Of a DNA stretch of 64,000 bases, positions 52,801-62,317 are shown one piece after another. The position numbers and the translations under genes were made by a program. The stretch's first letter is position 1. Every line of letters starts with the position of its first letter. The DNA comes from Lytechinus pictus (Eukaryota): assembly GCF_037042905.1 (NCBI RefSeq), contig NC_087263.1:11534001-11598000 (forward strand), written 5' to 3'. The notes under the pieces are model-generated. The model was not told the DNA's origin and did no database searches. It worked only from the letters and a program-made list of their open reading frames with translations.

Positions 52801-55800
52801 AGACTGGATGTAAGTTTCAATTCAGATCAATGATTGATGTACATGTACAATGTAGGGTATATTTAATGATGCATAAGACAAATTCTTTAATAGTCAACTC
52901 AATTAAGTTTTAAAGGAACAACTGAAGTAATGATATAAAGATGTCTCCATTCAGTTCCTCTAAAGGAATACCTAAGACCTACCTTTTCTGTAAATTGTAA
53001 TGGAGTGAGTTAAGCAGATAAGTTGTACTAAGTAGTTAAGTTTTCACTGCTAGTTTGCCCAAAGTTAAGTTAGGTTGCTAAGTTATTTATATTAGGTATT
53101 AAAGGTCAAGTCCACCTCAGAAAAATGTTGATTTGAATAAAAAGAGAAAAATTCAACAAGCACAATGCTGAAAATTTCATCAAAATCGGATGTAAAATAA
53201 GAAAGTTATGACATTTCAAAGTTTCGCTTATTTTTAACAAAATAGTTATATGAACGAGCCAGTTACATCCAAATGAGAGAGTCGATGATGTCACTCACTC
53301 ACTATTTCTTTTGTTTTTTATTGTTTGAATTATACAATATTTCAATTTTTACGAATTTGATGATAAGGACCTCCTTGCCTGAAGCACAAAATGTTAAAAT
53401 AATGGAATTCCACGTGTTCAGGGAGAAATGAAACTTCATTTCACATGATAATGACGAGAAAATCAAAATATTTCATATTTCATATAATAAAATACAAAAG
53501 AAATAGTGAGTGAGTGATGTCATCAGTTCCCTCATTTGCATACTGACCGAGATGTGCATATAACTGTTTTGTGAAATGAAGCGAAACTTTGAAATGTCAT
53601 AACTTTCTTATTTTACATCCGATTTTGATGAAATTTTCAGTGTTTTGCTTGTTAAATTTTTCTCTTTTTATTCAAATCAAGTTTTTGTTGGGGTGGACTT
53701 GTCCTTTAAGTATTTAGTTACGTGTATGTTAGTGAAAGCCTTTGTAGTTTACAAGGGTATGTACCAACTGCGCAATGGATTGGATTGGAAGAAGATATTG
53801 GTGTATAGCGGGAAAAAATACTTGGGGCGGAGGAAAATTAACCCTGGAATGGTTGAAAGAGCCCTGGAAAGTAAAAAAGGAAGCACTGGAAATCCCTATT
53901 CGTCGCATTGTTAAAGGAGAATGAAACTCTTGGAGCAAGTTAACTTTTGTGAAAGCAGAAAAATCAAAGAATAAGATCAACAAAAGTTTGAGTAAAATAG
54001 GACTAGCAATAGAAGAGTTATGAGCATTTGAATGTCGAGATCACTAATGCTATGGAGATCCTCCCATTGGCAATGCGACCAAGATCTATGATGTCACAGA
54101 TGAACAACTCTCCCCTTTTGGACACTGAAATTATACCCCAAAACATCTCTTTTTGCTCATTCTAATCATATGACAAACGATTCATCAATGATATAATGTT
54201 GTGAAACCTCTGTACTTGTCCTCTCATAAAGAGAACACCTCACCTTGTGATAGACTCTATAAAAGTGAGAATATAAGTGAAATAAGTACTAAAGTAATGA
54301 GGGAGTTGTACGTGTGTGACATCACAGATCTTGGTCGCATTGCCAAATGGGAGGATCTACATGGCATTAGTGATCTCAATATTCAAATGCTCATAACTTT
54401 CTTATTATTCATTCAATCTTCCTCAAACTTTCAACAATATGTTTCTTTGATTTTTCTCTTTGATATGGATTCAGCTGGTTTCAAGGGTTTCATTCTCCTT
54501 AAAGCTTATCCAATGTTGCAGATTTAGGCAGTAGGTTGGGAAAAAGAGCCCCGGAAAATGAAAACAAAATTAAAATTTGCCTGAGTAAATAGGTATATTT
54601 TGAAGTTCGGAGAAAAATTCTGTATACAGTGTAGGTTCTATATAAATATTGAATGATTATTATTAGAAATATTAATGTTGCCATTTTGAAGAATGAAAGA
54701 TGATCAAGTAATTGAGCAAGTGATTTATCATCAATTTTTTTTTATCTGTGATAACTCATTCTTCCTGTCTTATCTATCAGTTCCACGAGGATCGTATCTA
54801 TCGCCATCTGGAGCCAGCCTTAGCATTCCAGCTGGAGATCAACAGAATGAGCAACTTTGATTTACACCTCATGGACAGAGCCAACTACCGCATGCATCTC
54901 TATCTCGGCTCGGCTAAGGTATGAATATTATTATGATTGATGATATAGGTATTGTTGTAATCATGCCAAGTTGAAAGAACAGGTAGACAAGTGTGATGAT
55001 GATGATGATGGTGGTGGTGATTATGATGATTGTGATGATGATGATTATGATGATGATGCTGATGATGATGATGGTGATGATGATGATTGTGATGATGAAG
55101 ATGATGATGACGATGGTTATGAGGTGATGATGATGATGATTATGATGATGATGATGATGATGGTGGTGATTATGATGAATTGATGATGATGATGATGGTG
55201 ATGATGAAGATGATGATGATGATGATGATGATGGATTTGGTGAATTTGAAATTGCACTGTTAATTGGTATTATTTTTGTAATTTTAAATTATTACTGTTA
55301 ATAGGAATCAACATTGTGAATTGATTTGCTATTGCAAGTTTGAATTAATCATTGGCATTGTGAATGAATTGTTAGCATAGAGAATTTTTAGGGGCTATGT
55401 GTTATGCGTTATACAAGAACTATTTATTATTATTATTAGTAAATTGTAATTGATGTTATTCTCCCACCCGAATGCAGTTTCTGTTGTACATGTATTTAGT
55501 TGGGATTAATTGCAACTTCCATCCCCTTGTTTGCATGTGCATGTAATTTTATTTTTCAGTTCATCCAAACTCCTGTTGTACGAGACTACCATGCTGGCAG
55601 TGCTGATCATAAGCTCAAGCCCCCTGACCCACATGTAAATTTGTTTGTAAAATACCCCCCTGACATAATCGACATATTAACTCAAGTGTGCCACTCATCT
55701 TCACATTGCATTTGCAGTTTGATCTTTTTTTGCCACTAACAGTTCAAATCGATGCCTTTCAATGGGAATTTCACCCTCACAAAAAGTTTTCTTTTTAATT

Positions 55801-58800
55801 GTAGAAAAAATGATAAAATATATTGGTGAAGGTTAGAGAAAAATCCATCAAAGATATATATAGAATTTCGTTTTTTTTGTCATGAATAAAAAAAAAAGAA
55901 ATTTGTGCATTTTTGTGACGTTATACACCGTATGCGAGAAGCTTCACATGCATCGTGAATAAAAAAAATGAAATGTCATTTTTCTATAAAAAAAAAAGGA
56001 ATGGGTTTTATTATGCCTTTAGTATATCAACTGACAAAGTATTTCACACCTGCTCCAAAAGAAAGAAATTTCTAGACATCATGAATTTAATCATGAAATT
56101 TGTGCATTTGATATCACATAACAAATGGGACAGCTGCTCATATACTGTACATGTATGTACATGACATCACAAATGGTTTTTCCTCAAAACTTCACCAATA
56201 TTTTTAATTTTTTGTTGTTGCTAATTTTATAACAAACTTTCCATTAGTTTGAACTTCCTCTTAAACATAGATGCCTGGTTGGTGTTTTATAAAGCTGTTC
56301 ATAAAGATATCAATGACGGGAACATGTTCTTATGTGCTAAAGCAGCTACAGTACATACATGTACATGTAGGGATATCAAGTAGCACAAGAAAGGATCACC
56401 AGTCGTTCGTTAAGTCGCTCATAACTTACAAACAGCTTTATTAAACACCCACCTCTTCTGCTATCGATCTTATAGTGAGTTAGAAGAGAATCCAATATTA
56501 ATAGGACCATTTGGGTGTTTGTATACAAAATGTACATTCATATATATATATACATGTGTATATATATAAATATCAATTAAAGGCAATTGAACAGGGAAAA
56601 ATCCATATGAATTATGATAAAATAATAACTCAAATTACCTGTACAGTTCAAGAAAAAAACATATATGCTGAATGATTCTGGTAGAGAATATGCAAAATTT
56701 TGCTGAGAAATTAACAAACTAAGCATGGTATCTAGGCCGTTGTCTGTTCTCAATGGTAATACACTTTCCCACATATGTTAATCTGTGTTGCCAATATTTA
56801 GTGTTTTTTTTTTTTTTAGCTTAGATTTCATGATCACTTTTCTTTGCTTTCTTATGAATGCAAGTTGCAAAACTTAGATTTCCAGGACAAATGGTAAAGC
56901 ATCAGTTACATGTACATGTACATTCGCTTTTATGAAATCTTGCAAAAAAGAAAATCTATGCCTGTCGGCTTCTCTATCATCGTTTTAATATTCAGTCATA
57001 CCTGGTGCCAGTGATACTTCTAGCATAAATGCCTCTAAAAAGCTCAATATTTTCCCTTTTATATCCATTCCAATGTATATTATTGAATATAATGATCTTT
57101 AAAAAAACTCGATATATGTTGGTCTCATTAATTCTACATATTATGCACTGTTTATGTAAAATTTCTTTCTCCACTTTTGACGTGTTTTTGTCTCGCCTGC
57201 ATACATGTACATGTAGCAGAGCGAGACTACATGTACATGTACATGTATAGGCGCCGCTTTTCCGACGGCGGCGGCGTCATCAACATTGAAATCTTAACCA
57301 AGGTTAAGTTTTTGAAATGTCATCATAACTTAGAAAGTTCATGAAACTTGGACATAAGGGTAATCAAGTATTACTGAACATCCTACTTGAGTTTCAGGTC
57401 ACATGACCAAGGTCAAAGGTCATTTAGGGTCAATGAACTCAGACCATGTTGGGGGAATCGATATCGAAATCTTAACCAAGGTTAAGTTTTTGAAATGTTG
57501 TCATAACTTCGAAAGTATATGGACCTAGTTCATAAAACTTGGACATAAGGGTAATAATGTATCACTGAAGATCCTGCCTGAGTTTCAGGTCACATGATTA
57601 AGGTCAAAGGTTACTTAGGGTCAACGAACTTTGGCCATGTTAGGGTTTTTTTAGGAATTGTCATCATAACTTTGAAATTTTATGGATCTAGTTCATGAAA
57701 CTTGGACATAAGAGCAACCATGTATCCCTGAATATCATATGCGAGTTTCAGGTCACATGACCAAGGTCAAAGGTCACTTGGGGTCAACAAACTTTAGCCA
57801 TGTAAGGGGTATTTGAGGGATTGTCATCATAAATTTGAAATTTTATGCATTTCGTTCAGGAAACTTGGACATAAGAGCAATCAAGTATCCCTGAATATCA
57901 TGTGCGAGTTTCAGGTCACATGACCAAGGTCAAAGGTCACTTAGGGTCAACAAACTTTAGCCATGTTAGGGATATTTGAGGAATTGTCATCATAACTTTA
58001 AATGCATCTAGTTCATGAAACTTGGACATAAGAGCAGCAATGTATCCCTGAATACCCTTTGCGCGTTTCAGGAGCATGGCCAAGATCAAAGGTCATTTAA
58101 AGGTTAATGACCTCTGGCCGTGTTGGGAGTATGTGTTGAATTGGCATCATAACTTAGGAAGTTTATGGATCTAGCTCATGAAACATCGACATAAGGATAA
58201 TCAAGTATGAATGATTGTTTTGCACATGTCTTAGCTCACATGATCATGGTCAAAGGTAATTTTTGGTGAATGGACATATTTTGTTATATCATATTAGTGT
58301 TTTCTTCTATGAATAATAATTCATTAGCTGTTTTCAGAGGCAGCACTGCTGCTATATCGAATTGCGTAATGCAGGCAAGATTGCCAGAGGCGTTCCACTT
58401 GTTTCTTTCTCTCTCTCTCTCTTGGGAACCATTGATGTGGCACTAAATTATGCATTATATTTCATTGTACATACATATACTGTAAATACTTATTCATTTC
58501 TAGCCTAGAAAGTTGGGATTATACTAGGATTACTAACAACTTATTCCATATACAGTGTAGGTGTAACATCCACCTGTTTTTAATTTGAAGGGAAGGTTCT
58601 TATTCTTCTTTTCTTTGGATTTCTGTTCTATATTTATAAAGAGAGACTCATCACGTACTTCTTAATAATGCTCTAATACTCTATACTTCTGTGTGATGCT
58701 GTATTGCAGCACATTAATACATCTATGAATCCTTTGTATAAAATGGAATTTATATACAGTGGTGCTCAAAAGTTAGTGAACCCCATCAGAAAATGAACAT

Positions 58801-61442
58801 ATTTAGAAGTGTTTAAAGGGGAATGAAACCTTTGGAACATTTCTGTCGAAACAGAAAAATCAAAGAATAAGAACAAAGAATGTTTGAGAAAAATCGGACA
58901 AATAATGAGAAAGTTATGAGCATTTGAATATTGCAATCACTAATGCTATGGAGATCCTCTCATTGGCAATGCGACAAGAATGTGTGATGTCACATGTGAA
59001 CAACTTTCCCTTTGATGGACTATAAAATACCCCCAAAATGTCTCTTTTTGCTTTTTTCTTATGGTGATACAAACTCTTTATCCATGATGTATTCTTTAAA
59101 AATCTGTATTACATGCCCTCCTATAGAAAGAACACATGATCTACCGAGAGATGTGATAAAAGAGGCAGTTTAAGTGAAATATATACCAAAGTTATAAGGA
59201 GAATTGTACACAAGTGACATCACACATATTTGTCGCATTGCCAATGTGAGGATCTCCATAGCATTAGTAATCGCAATATTCATATGCTCATAACTTTCTC
59301 ATTATTTGTCGGGTTTTTCTCAATCTTTCGTTGATCTGTTTCTTTGATTTTTCTGTTTTCACACAAGCTATCTTGTTCCAAAGGTTTCATTCTCTTTTAA
59401 GTTCTGCCAAGTTTTAGATCATTAATTGTGAAGTCAGGTGATTAAGATATTACATTAATAAAGTTTGTTTCTCTGGGCTCGCCGAACATTGTGATGTTGT
59501 TGTCTACATTCAACACTCGGCATGAAGGAGTGCATTTTGTGGCGAGGTTCACTAACTTTTGAGCACAACTGTATGTTAGGGAATGAACAAGTGTGAGAAA
59601 AGAAAACAAAAATACATATGATCAGCCATCATCTTTTTCTTGTGTGTGTGTGGGGGGGGGGGGGAAGGGTGTAGGGAGGGAGAATGTCATATGAAATTGA
59701 CATACACAGTACATGTTCACATTTAATTATGTACAGTGTAGATGGTTTGCTTGCAGTGCTATTTGAATTTAAAAAAATAATCACCAACATAAATACATGT
59801 ACAAGTTTTATATTTGTGATGTTATCAAATTTGCTGAGAATTTCTTTTAAAATCAGAAGTGTTGCCATCCACCACCAAAAAAGTTAATGAAAAATTGTGA
59901 TAAATACTTTTGTAGCACAAAATAAAATCAACTTTCCATTTGGAATACATGTATTTTGTTCTTCATATTTTGATATTTTGCTTCTATTGAAAAATCCTTT
60001 CAACACAGGTACATGCATCCTCTGTTCTTTGCTAGACTTTCTGAAAAAGGCAGAACGACATGCACTTATTTTTTTGACTATATTTACTGAAAAGCTGCTA
60101 TACTTAATCACTTTTATGCTGGATGAAACCTTTCTAAAAATTTATAATTTCCTCTGTGTTTCCAGGTGGAGAAAGGTCAAGAGGTCACCGACTACCGCTT
60201 CTTCCTGCGAGCCATCATCCGTCACTCCGACCTGGTAACCAAAGAGGCGTCCTTCGAGTATCTCCAGAACGAGGGTGAGCGGATGCTCCTTGAAGCTATG
60301 GATGAACTTGAGCTTGCCTTCACCCATCCCGATGTAAGTTTGTATGATAAATCAGTGTATAATAGTTACTATTCACTGATTATTTAGATTACAGCCGTCT
60401 GATTGGTCAAAGTACATCGCAAACACCCTTGTAGATACATGTATCAATTGAGTATCTGTAGACCAAGGGCGAGAGGGCTCCTCGAAGCTGTTGATGAATT
60501 TGAGCTTGTGTTTATCCATCCTACATGTAATTTAAGTGTTAATTACAAAACAGTGTATAGTTGTTACCATTTACTGCATATTCAGATTATGACCTCCTGA
60601 TTGGTCAGAAATACTGGCATGGAAGTCAACTTTGAAGGCTGATGATATTTACCAAGTACACTTTCAATTTTAAAGTGTCAAGAATGTTAAATTAAAAAAC
60701 AGCCAGTTGCCTTATGAGATGCATAGGATGATTGGTAGCATGAGCTACAGGTATGCACCACAGTACACAAACTTTCACAGATGATATTACCAGAACAGTT
60801 GTTCCATCCAATGAGACTTTTCTCTTGATTTGGGATATTTCTGTATGCTCTACATGATGTTATTGGAGTCACATATCCCCCAATTTCTGAAATATAGAAG
60901 GTACAATGACACATTTTCCTTATTACCGAAACTTGTTTCGCAGTGTTGTTTCCTTTTTCATTGGAGAGCAGAATTGTTTATGCCTTCAGAATTAATTTTT
61001 AGCCTAACCACTATTAAACACTTCCCTCTTTGTAACCTTTTTTTGTAGTCCAAGCGGACAGACTGCAATCACATCTTCTTGAACTTTGTACCCACCGTGT
61101 ACATGGATCCAGTGAAGGCTACAGATAGCTTACGGAACATGATCAGCCGCTATGGATCCAGGCTTTGGAAGCTACGCATCCTGCAGGCTGAGCTCAAGCT
61201 TAATGTCAAGTATGTTATGTGATCATCGATGATGATTATGATGGAGATGATGGTGGGTGATTCTGGTGATGATGATGATGGTGATGGCAGATGATTATGA
61301 TGATGATTATAATGGTGATGATGATGATGATGATGAAGATGATGACGATGACGATGATGATGATGGTAATGGTGATGATGATGATGATGATAATAACAAT
61401 GACGATGATGATGATGATGGTGATGATGATGATAACAATGAC

Positions 61443-61486
<44 letters not shown>

Positions 61487-61890
61487 CGATGATGGTTTTA
61501 TGGTGATGATGATCATGATGATGTCACATGTAGCAGCCGTTACTTGGATATAACATCAATAAAAAGTAAATTCTAGATCAAAAGCAGTAACAAAATATAC
61601 TGTTCCTCCTTCCTACATGTATGTTGCATAGAACTCTAAACATAGTATTCATGATTACAGAGATACAGTTTCTAATGTGAATATAAAATACAACAGGTTT
61701 CAGTATAATCAAACATTTTTTTTTTGCTGTGGGGCATGGTATTTCATGATTGCAATATAATTTGTTTTTTTGTTACAGGCTAAACGCACACAGTCCACTT
61801 CTACCGATAAGGATCTTTGTGACCAATGAATCAGGGTATCGTCTAGACATCAGTACTTACCGGGAGGAGACAGATCCTTCTACTGGTTTG
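10232..61890 (+). CDS. ACAC: Acetyl-CoA carboxylase (eukaryotic multidomain ACC), 30 exons in window, 3'-incomplete (CT domain outside window)
   Basis: Spliced translation gives ACC motifs [118 protein letters not shown]. All introns are GT-AG with consistent phases. Exon lengths sum to 4665 nt (1555 codons). Confidence 0.98.
10802..12124. mobile_element. Sola2-like non-autonomous element (1.3 kb)
   Basis: Perfect 15-bp TIR GGGCAAGTCCAAGAA, 4-bp TSD TACA, internal GTCCCATACGTAA repeats. Confidence 0.75.
12151..13297. repeat. Tandem triplication, ~383-bp unit
   Basis: Units start at 12151, 12534 and 12917 and are nearly identical. Confidence 0.95.
13675..13770 (+). CDS. ACAC: Candidate 96-nt cassette exon of ACC (phase 2-2)
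   Basis: tttctttgttcctag acceptor, AA|GTAAGG donor, open frame, GC-richer than flanks. Confidence 0.6.
   Translation, partial: SSQRRIQAQIKCPRCPSPMPPGLPCNVNVVG
15554..15727. mobile_element. CAG...CTG MITE with 6-bp TSD (hAT6-like)
   Basis: TIR CAGGGGTGTGAG / CTCACACCCCTG; TSD TATACT. Confidence 0.65.
17287..17683. mobile_element. CAG...CTG MITE with 5-bp TSD (hAT5-like)
   Basis: TIR CAGGGTGCTACATAA / TTATGTAGCACCCTG; TSD TACAT; internal CTTGCCC repeats. Confidence 0.65.
18215..18633. mobile_element. PIF/Harbinger-like MITE
   Basis: Long TIR AGGCCACCGCACACCTTACGACCCGAC; TTA TSD. Confidence 0.8.
18805..19695. mobile_element. Harbinger-like MITE, CpG-rich
   Basis: TIR CTGCACCATCCCGA / TCGGGATGGTGCAG; internal CGTCTGCACC and AATCTCGAGATT repeats. 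Confidence 0.7.
20021..20183 (+). CDS. ACAC: ACC exon 2 ([14 protein letters not shown]-type site; [22 protein letters not shown])
   Basis: ttgcag acceptor, AAG|GTAGGA donor; matches vertebrate RSSMSGL...DFTVASPAEFV. Confidence 0.95.
20594..20732 (+). CDS. ACAC: ACC exon 3 ([20 protein letters not shown]...PEDLNANA)
   Basis: Biotin carboxylase start motif; ccag/GTAC boundaries. Confidence 0.97.
21567..22149. mobile_element. Kolobok-like MITE
   Basis: TTAA|AGGAGAATGAAAC ... GTTTCATTCTCCT|TTAA; near-identical copy at 53915-54499. Confidence 0.85.
23345..23536 (+). CDS. ACAC: ACC exon 4 ([15 protein letters not shown]...[11 protein letters not shown]...FI)
   Basis: BC motif; acag/GTGA boundaries, phase 1-1. 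Confidence 0.97.
23563..23801. mobile_element. MITE
   Basis: TIR GGGTGATTTCAAGT / ACTTGAAATCACCC. Confidence 0.6.
24340..24632 (-). mobile_element. tRNA-derived SINE (degenerate)
   Basis: Reverse complement has a tRNA-like head, a body related to 32764-33052, and an (ATT)n tail. Confidence 0.6.
24721..24929 (+). CDS. ACAC: ACC exon 5 ([21 protein letters not shown]...EEGLQ)
   Basis: BC motif; atag/GTAA boundaries. Confidence 0.97.
25513..25676 (+). CDS. ACAC: ACC exon 6 ([24 protein letters not shown]...)
   Basis: ATP-grasp glycine-rich loop; tcag/GTAAGT boundaries. Confidence 0.97.
25700..25888. repeat. (TTA)n/(TGA)n microsatellite
   Basis: Direct reading. Confidence 0.95.
26504..26660 (+). 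CDS. ACAC: ACC exon 7 ([11 protein letters not shown]...[17 protein letters not shown])
   Basis: BC catalytic motif; tcag/GTAA boundaries. Confidence 0.97.
26792..27212. mobile_element. CAG...CTG MITE with 6-bp TSD (hAT6-like)
   Basis: Perfect TIR CAGACCTGCCAACC; TSD TGATTA. Confidence 0.75.
27692..27865 (+). CDS. ACAC: ACC exon 8 ([21 protein letters not shown]...[11 protein letters not shown]...LQLQ)
   Basis: BC motif; ccag/GTATGT boundaries. Confidence 0.97.
28218..28309 (+). CDS. ACAC: ACC exon 9 ([14 protein letters not shown]...)
   Basis: ttag/GTAAGT boundaries; conserved peptide. Confidence 0.96.
28915..28984 (+). CDS. ACAC: ACC exon 10 ([17 protein letters not shown])
   Basis: gtag/GTAA boundaries; conserved peptide. 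Confidence 0.96.
29721..29884 (+). CDS. ACAC: ACC exon 11 ([26 protein letters not shown]...FGHCFSWGE)
   Basis: ccag/GTAA boundaries; conserved peptide. Confidence 0.97.
31091..31241 (+). CDS. ACAC: ACC exon 12 ([22 protein letters not shown]...[11 protein letters not shown])
   Basis: acag/GTAAGT boundaries; BC C-terminus. Confidence 0.97.
31901..32004 (+). CDS. ACAC: ACC exon 13 ([19 protein letters not shown]...LE)
   Basis: acag/GTATGT boundaries; BT domain start. Confidence 0.95.
32502..32729 (+). CDS. ACAC: ACC exon 14 (GQVLP...[22 protein letters not shown])
   Basis: acag/GTAA boundaries; BT domain. Confidence 0.96.
32764..33052 (+). mobile_element. tRNA-derived SINE, apparently full length
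   Basis: A box TGGCCCAGTGG, B box GGTTCGAATCC, non-tRNA body, (TTA)n tail; the 3' part recurs at ~31330-31445. Confidence 0.8.
33890..34084 (+). CDS. ACAC: ACC exon 15, BCCP with biotin-attachment motif EIEVMKM (Lys codon 34047-34049)
   Basis: [15 protein letters not shown]...[10 protein letters not shown]; atag/GTAA boundaries. Confidence 0.98.
34103..34503. repeat. (GAT/GAG/GGT)n compound microsatellite
   Basis: Direct reading. Confidence 0.95.
34572..34662 (+). CDS. ACAC: ACC exon 16 ([11 protein letters not shown]...[11 protein letters not shown])
   Basis: acag/GTATTT boundaries; BCCP end. Confidence 0.96.
35706..36282. mobile_element. Kolobok-like palindromic MITE
   Basis: TTAA|AGGGATGTCCGGGCTGAAA ... 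TTTCAGCCCGGACCATCCCT|TTAA; long inverted arms. Confidence 0.85.
36322..36468 (+). CDS. ACAC: ACC exon 17 (AQLYTGKFP...[16 protein letters not shown])
   Basis: ttag/GTGAG boundaries; central domain start. Confidence 0.95.
36645..37135. mobile_element. hAT-like MITE carrying a nested LINE tail
   Basis: CAGTG...CACTG ends; 8-bp TSD CTGGTCTA/CTGGTCTT; sibling at 1479-1827. Confidence 0.6.
36704..36876 (+). mobile_element. 5'-truncated CR1/L2-group LINE 3' end
   Basis: Encodes [11 protein letters not shown] (typical ORF2 C-terminus), then a short UTR and (TTA)n tail. Confidence 0.7.
37353..37541 (+). CDS. ACAC: ACC exon 18 ([10 protein letters not shown]...[14 protein letters not shown])
   Basis: ctag/GTATGT boundaries; conserved peptide. 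Confidence 0.96.
38004..38107 (+). CDS. ACAC: ACC exon 19 (IANVLD...[13 protein letters not shown])
   Basis: ccag/GTGAGT boundaries. Confidence 0.96.
38673..38886 (+). CDS. ACAC: ACC exon 20 ([10 protein letters not shown]...YDKCVFALR...KNKLVVGLI)
   Basis: gcag/GTTAGT boundaries. Confidence 0.95.
39699..39926 (+). CDS. ACAC: ACC exon 21 ([12 protein letters not shown]...[23 protein letters not shown])
   Basis: gtag/GTTTGT boundaries; conserved peptide. Confidence 0.96.
40785..40874 (+). CDS. ACAC: ACC exon 22 ([19 protein letters not shown]...AALE)
   Basis: ttag/GTAAG boundaries. Confidence 0.96.
41177..41295 (+). CDS. ACAC: ACC exon 23 ([10 protein letters not shown]...[14 protein letters not shown])
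   Basis: ccag/GTAA boundaries; ends in phase 2. Confidence 0.97.
42655..42910 (+). mobile_element. tRNA-derived SINE with internal deletion
   Basis: A box TGGCTCAGTTGGTAGAGC, no intact B box, AT-rich tail. Confidence 0.55.
42939..43016 (+). CDS. ACAC: Candidate 78-nt cassette exon of ACC (phase 2-2)
   Basis: tttgatttccttcctaag acceptor, CAG|GTGAGA donor, open frame [25 protein letters not shown]. Confidence 0.6.
44708..45014. mobile_element. Harbinger-like MITE (relative at ~26151-26430)
   Basis: TIR GGCCCGTATTTTGA / TCAGAATACGGGCC. Confidence 0.65.
45285..45308 (+). CDS. ACAC: Candidate 24-nt microexon of ACC (phase 2-2)
   Basis: Long CT-rich tract then ttaag acceptor; FAVYDLR; weak AA|GTATTT donor. 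Confidence 0.35.
46092..46109 (+). CDS. ACAC: Candidate 18-nt microexon of ACC (phase 2-2)
   Basis: Strong pyrimidine tract plus ggcag acceptor; GKNSR; GTAAGT donor; two downstream TGCATG. Confidence 0.6.
48752..49353. mobile_element. Kolobok-like MITE
   Basis: TTAA|AGGGGAATCCA ... TGGATTCCCCT|TTAA. Confidence 0.85.
49910..50108 (-). mobile_element. tRNA-derived SINE flanked by (AGT/AGC)n tracts
   Basis: Minus strand reads CTCAGTCGGTAGAGC ... GGTTCGATTCCC, followed by a non-tRNA body. Confidence 0.65.
50769..50903 (+). CDS. ACAC: ACC exon 24 (regulatory loop [10 protein letters not shown]...PPCQRTGLM)
   Basis: atag/GTAAGT boundaries, phase 2-2; matches vertebrate HVASVSD...PPCQRMG. Confidence 0.93.
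51441..51655. repeat. (AGT/AGC)n microsatellite
   Basis: Direct reading. Confidence 0.9.
51924..52119 (+). CDS. ACAC: ACC exon 25 (SFDEVID...[11 protein letters not shown]...)
   Basis: acag/GTAG boundaries. Confidence 0.95.
52711..52809 (+). CDS. ACAC: ACC exon 26 (IRRVTFVI...[12 protein letters not shown])
   Basis: gcag/GTAAGT boundaries. Confidence 0.96.
53103..53705. mobile_element. Kolobok-like palindromic MITE (truncated relative at ~5825-5915)
   Basis: TTAA|AGGTCAAGTCCACC ... GGTGGACTTGTCCT|TTAA. Confidence 0.85.
53915..54499. mobile_element. Kolobok-like MITE, same family as 21567-22149
   Basis: Same TIRs and near-identical interior. Confidence 0.85.
54781..54918 (+). CDS. ACAC: ACC exon 27 ([23 protein letters not shown]...HLYLGSAK)
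   Basis: tcag/GTATG boundaries. Confidence 0.97.
54993..55233. repeat. (TGA)n microsatellite
   Basis: Direct reading. Confidence 0.95.
57185..58404 (+). mobile_element. Helentron/HINE (DINE-1-like) non-autonomous element with internal ~160-190 bp tandem array
   Basis: T-run ends; sub-terminal IR GTCTCGCCTGCAT (57190) / ATGCAGGCAAGAT (58369); partial IR GCAGAGCGAGAC; (GGC)n; about 6 units containing CAGGTCACATGACCAAGGTCAAAGGTCA. Confidence 0.7.
58757..59571. mobile_element. Tc1/mariner-like MITE
   Basis: TA|CAGTGGTGCTCAAAAGTTAGTGAACC ... GGTTCACTAACTTTTGAGCACAACTG|TA. Confidence 0.85.
58817..59396. mobile_element. Kolobok-like MITE nested in the Tc1-like MITE
   Basis: TTAA|AGGGGAATGAAACC ... 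GGTTTCATTCTCTT|TTAA; related to the 21567 family. Confidence 0.85.
60166..60333 (+). CDS. ACAC: ACC exon 28 ([34 protein letters not shown]...)
   Basis: ccag/GTAAGT boundaries. Confidence 0.97.
60466..60608 (+). pseudogene. Degenerate tandem copy of the exon 28 3' end plus intron start
   Basis: Similar to 60272-60409 ([15 protein letters not shown] vs [15 protein letters not shown]), with indels and a disrupted donor. Confidence 0.8.
61049..61209 (+). CDS. ACAC: ACC exon 29 ([13 protein letters not shown]...[17 protein letters not shown])
   Basis: gtag/GTATGT boundaries. Confidence 0.97.
61227..61523. repeat. (TGA)n microsatellite
   Basis: Direct reading. Confidence 0.95.
61779..61890 (+). 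CDS. ACAC: ACC exon 30 ([21 protein letters not shown]...)
   Basis: acag/GTGAGT boundaries. Confidence 0.96.
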
Positions 61891-61911
61891 GTGAGTTCAA
61901 GAGATAAATGT

Positions 61912-62317
61912 GTCATTCCATGGGGTTGGGGCAATTTTCATGACATACATGTACCAGAACTCCAAAACCGTGTCTCATGTAAAGAAGGCAAATGTATGCA
62001 TAAAATTACCAGCAAAAATAAATGGTGTCTCACCAAGTTTTACTTCTCAAGCATCATGATGTATTGCAGATTCACACCTGAGAATTTATTGCCAATGTGA
62101 TGTCCATGTAATGGATGTAAAACTCTGTATTTGTTTTGCAGCAAATCCATTAAAGATCTCAAATTTCCAACTGAATTACTATGATTGGACATCATCTTTA
62201 AGCTGACACATCAAAACTTAAGCCCATTTGAACTGATCATCTCTGTGATATATAAAAGCTGGTACCACCGTTACATGGACATCACACGATTTTGTTACCC
62301 CAACCCCATGGAATGAC
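61912..62317. mobile_element. MITE
   Basis: TIR GTCATTCCATGGGGTTGGGG / CCCCAACCCCATGGAATGAC. Confidence 0.7.
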
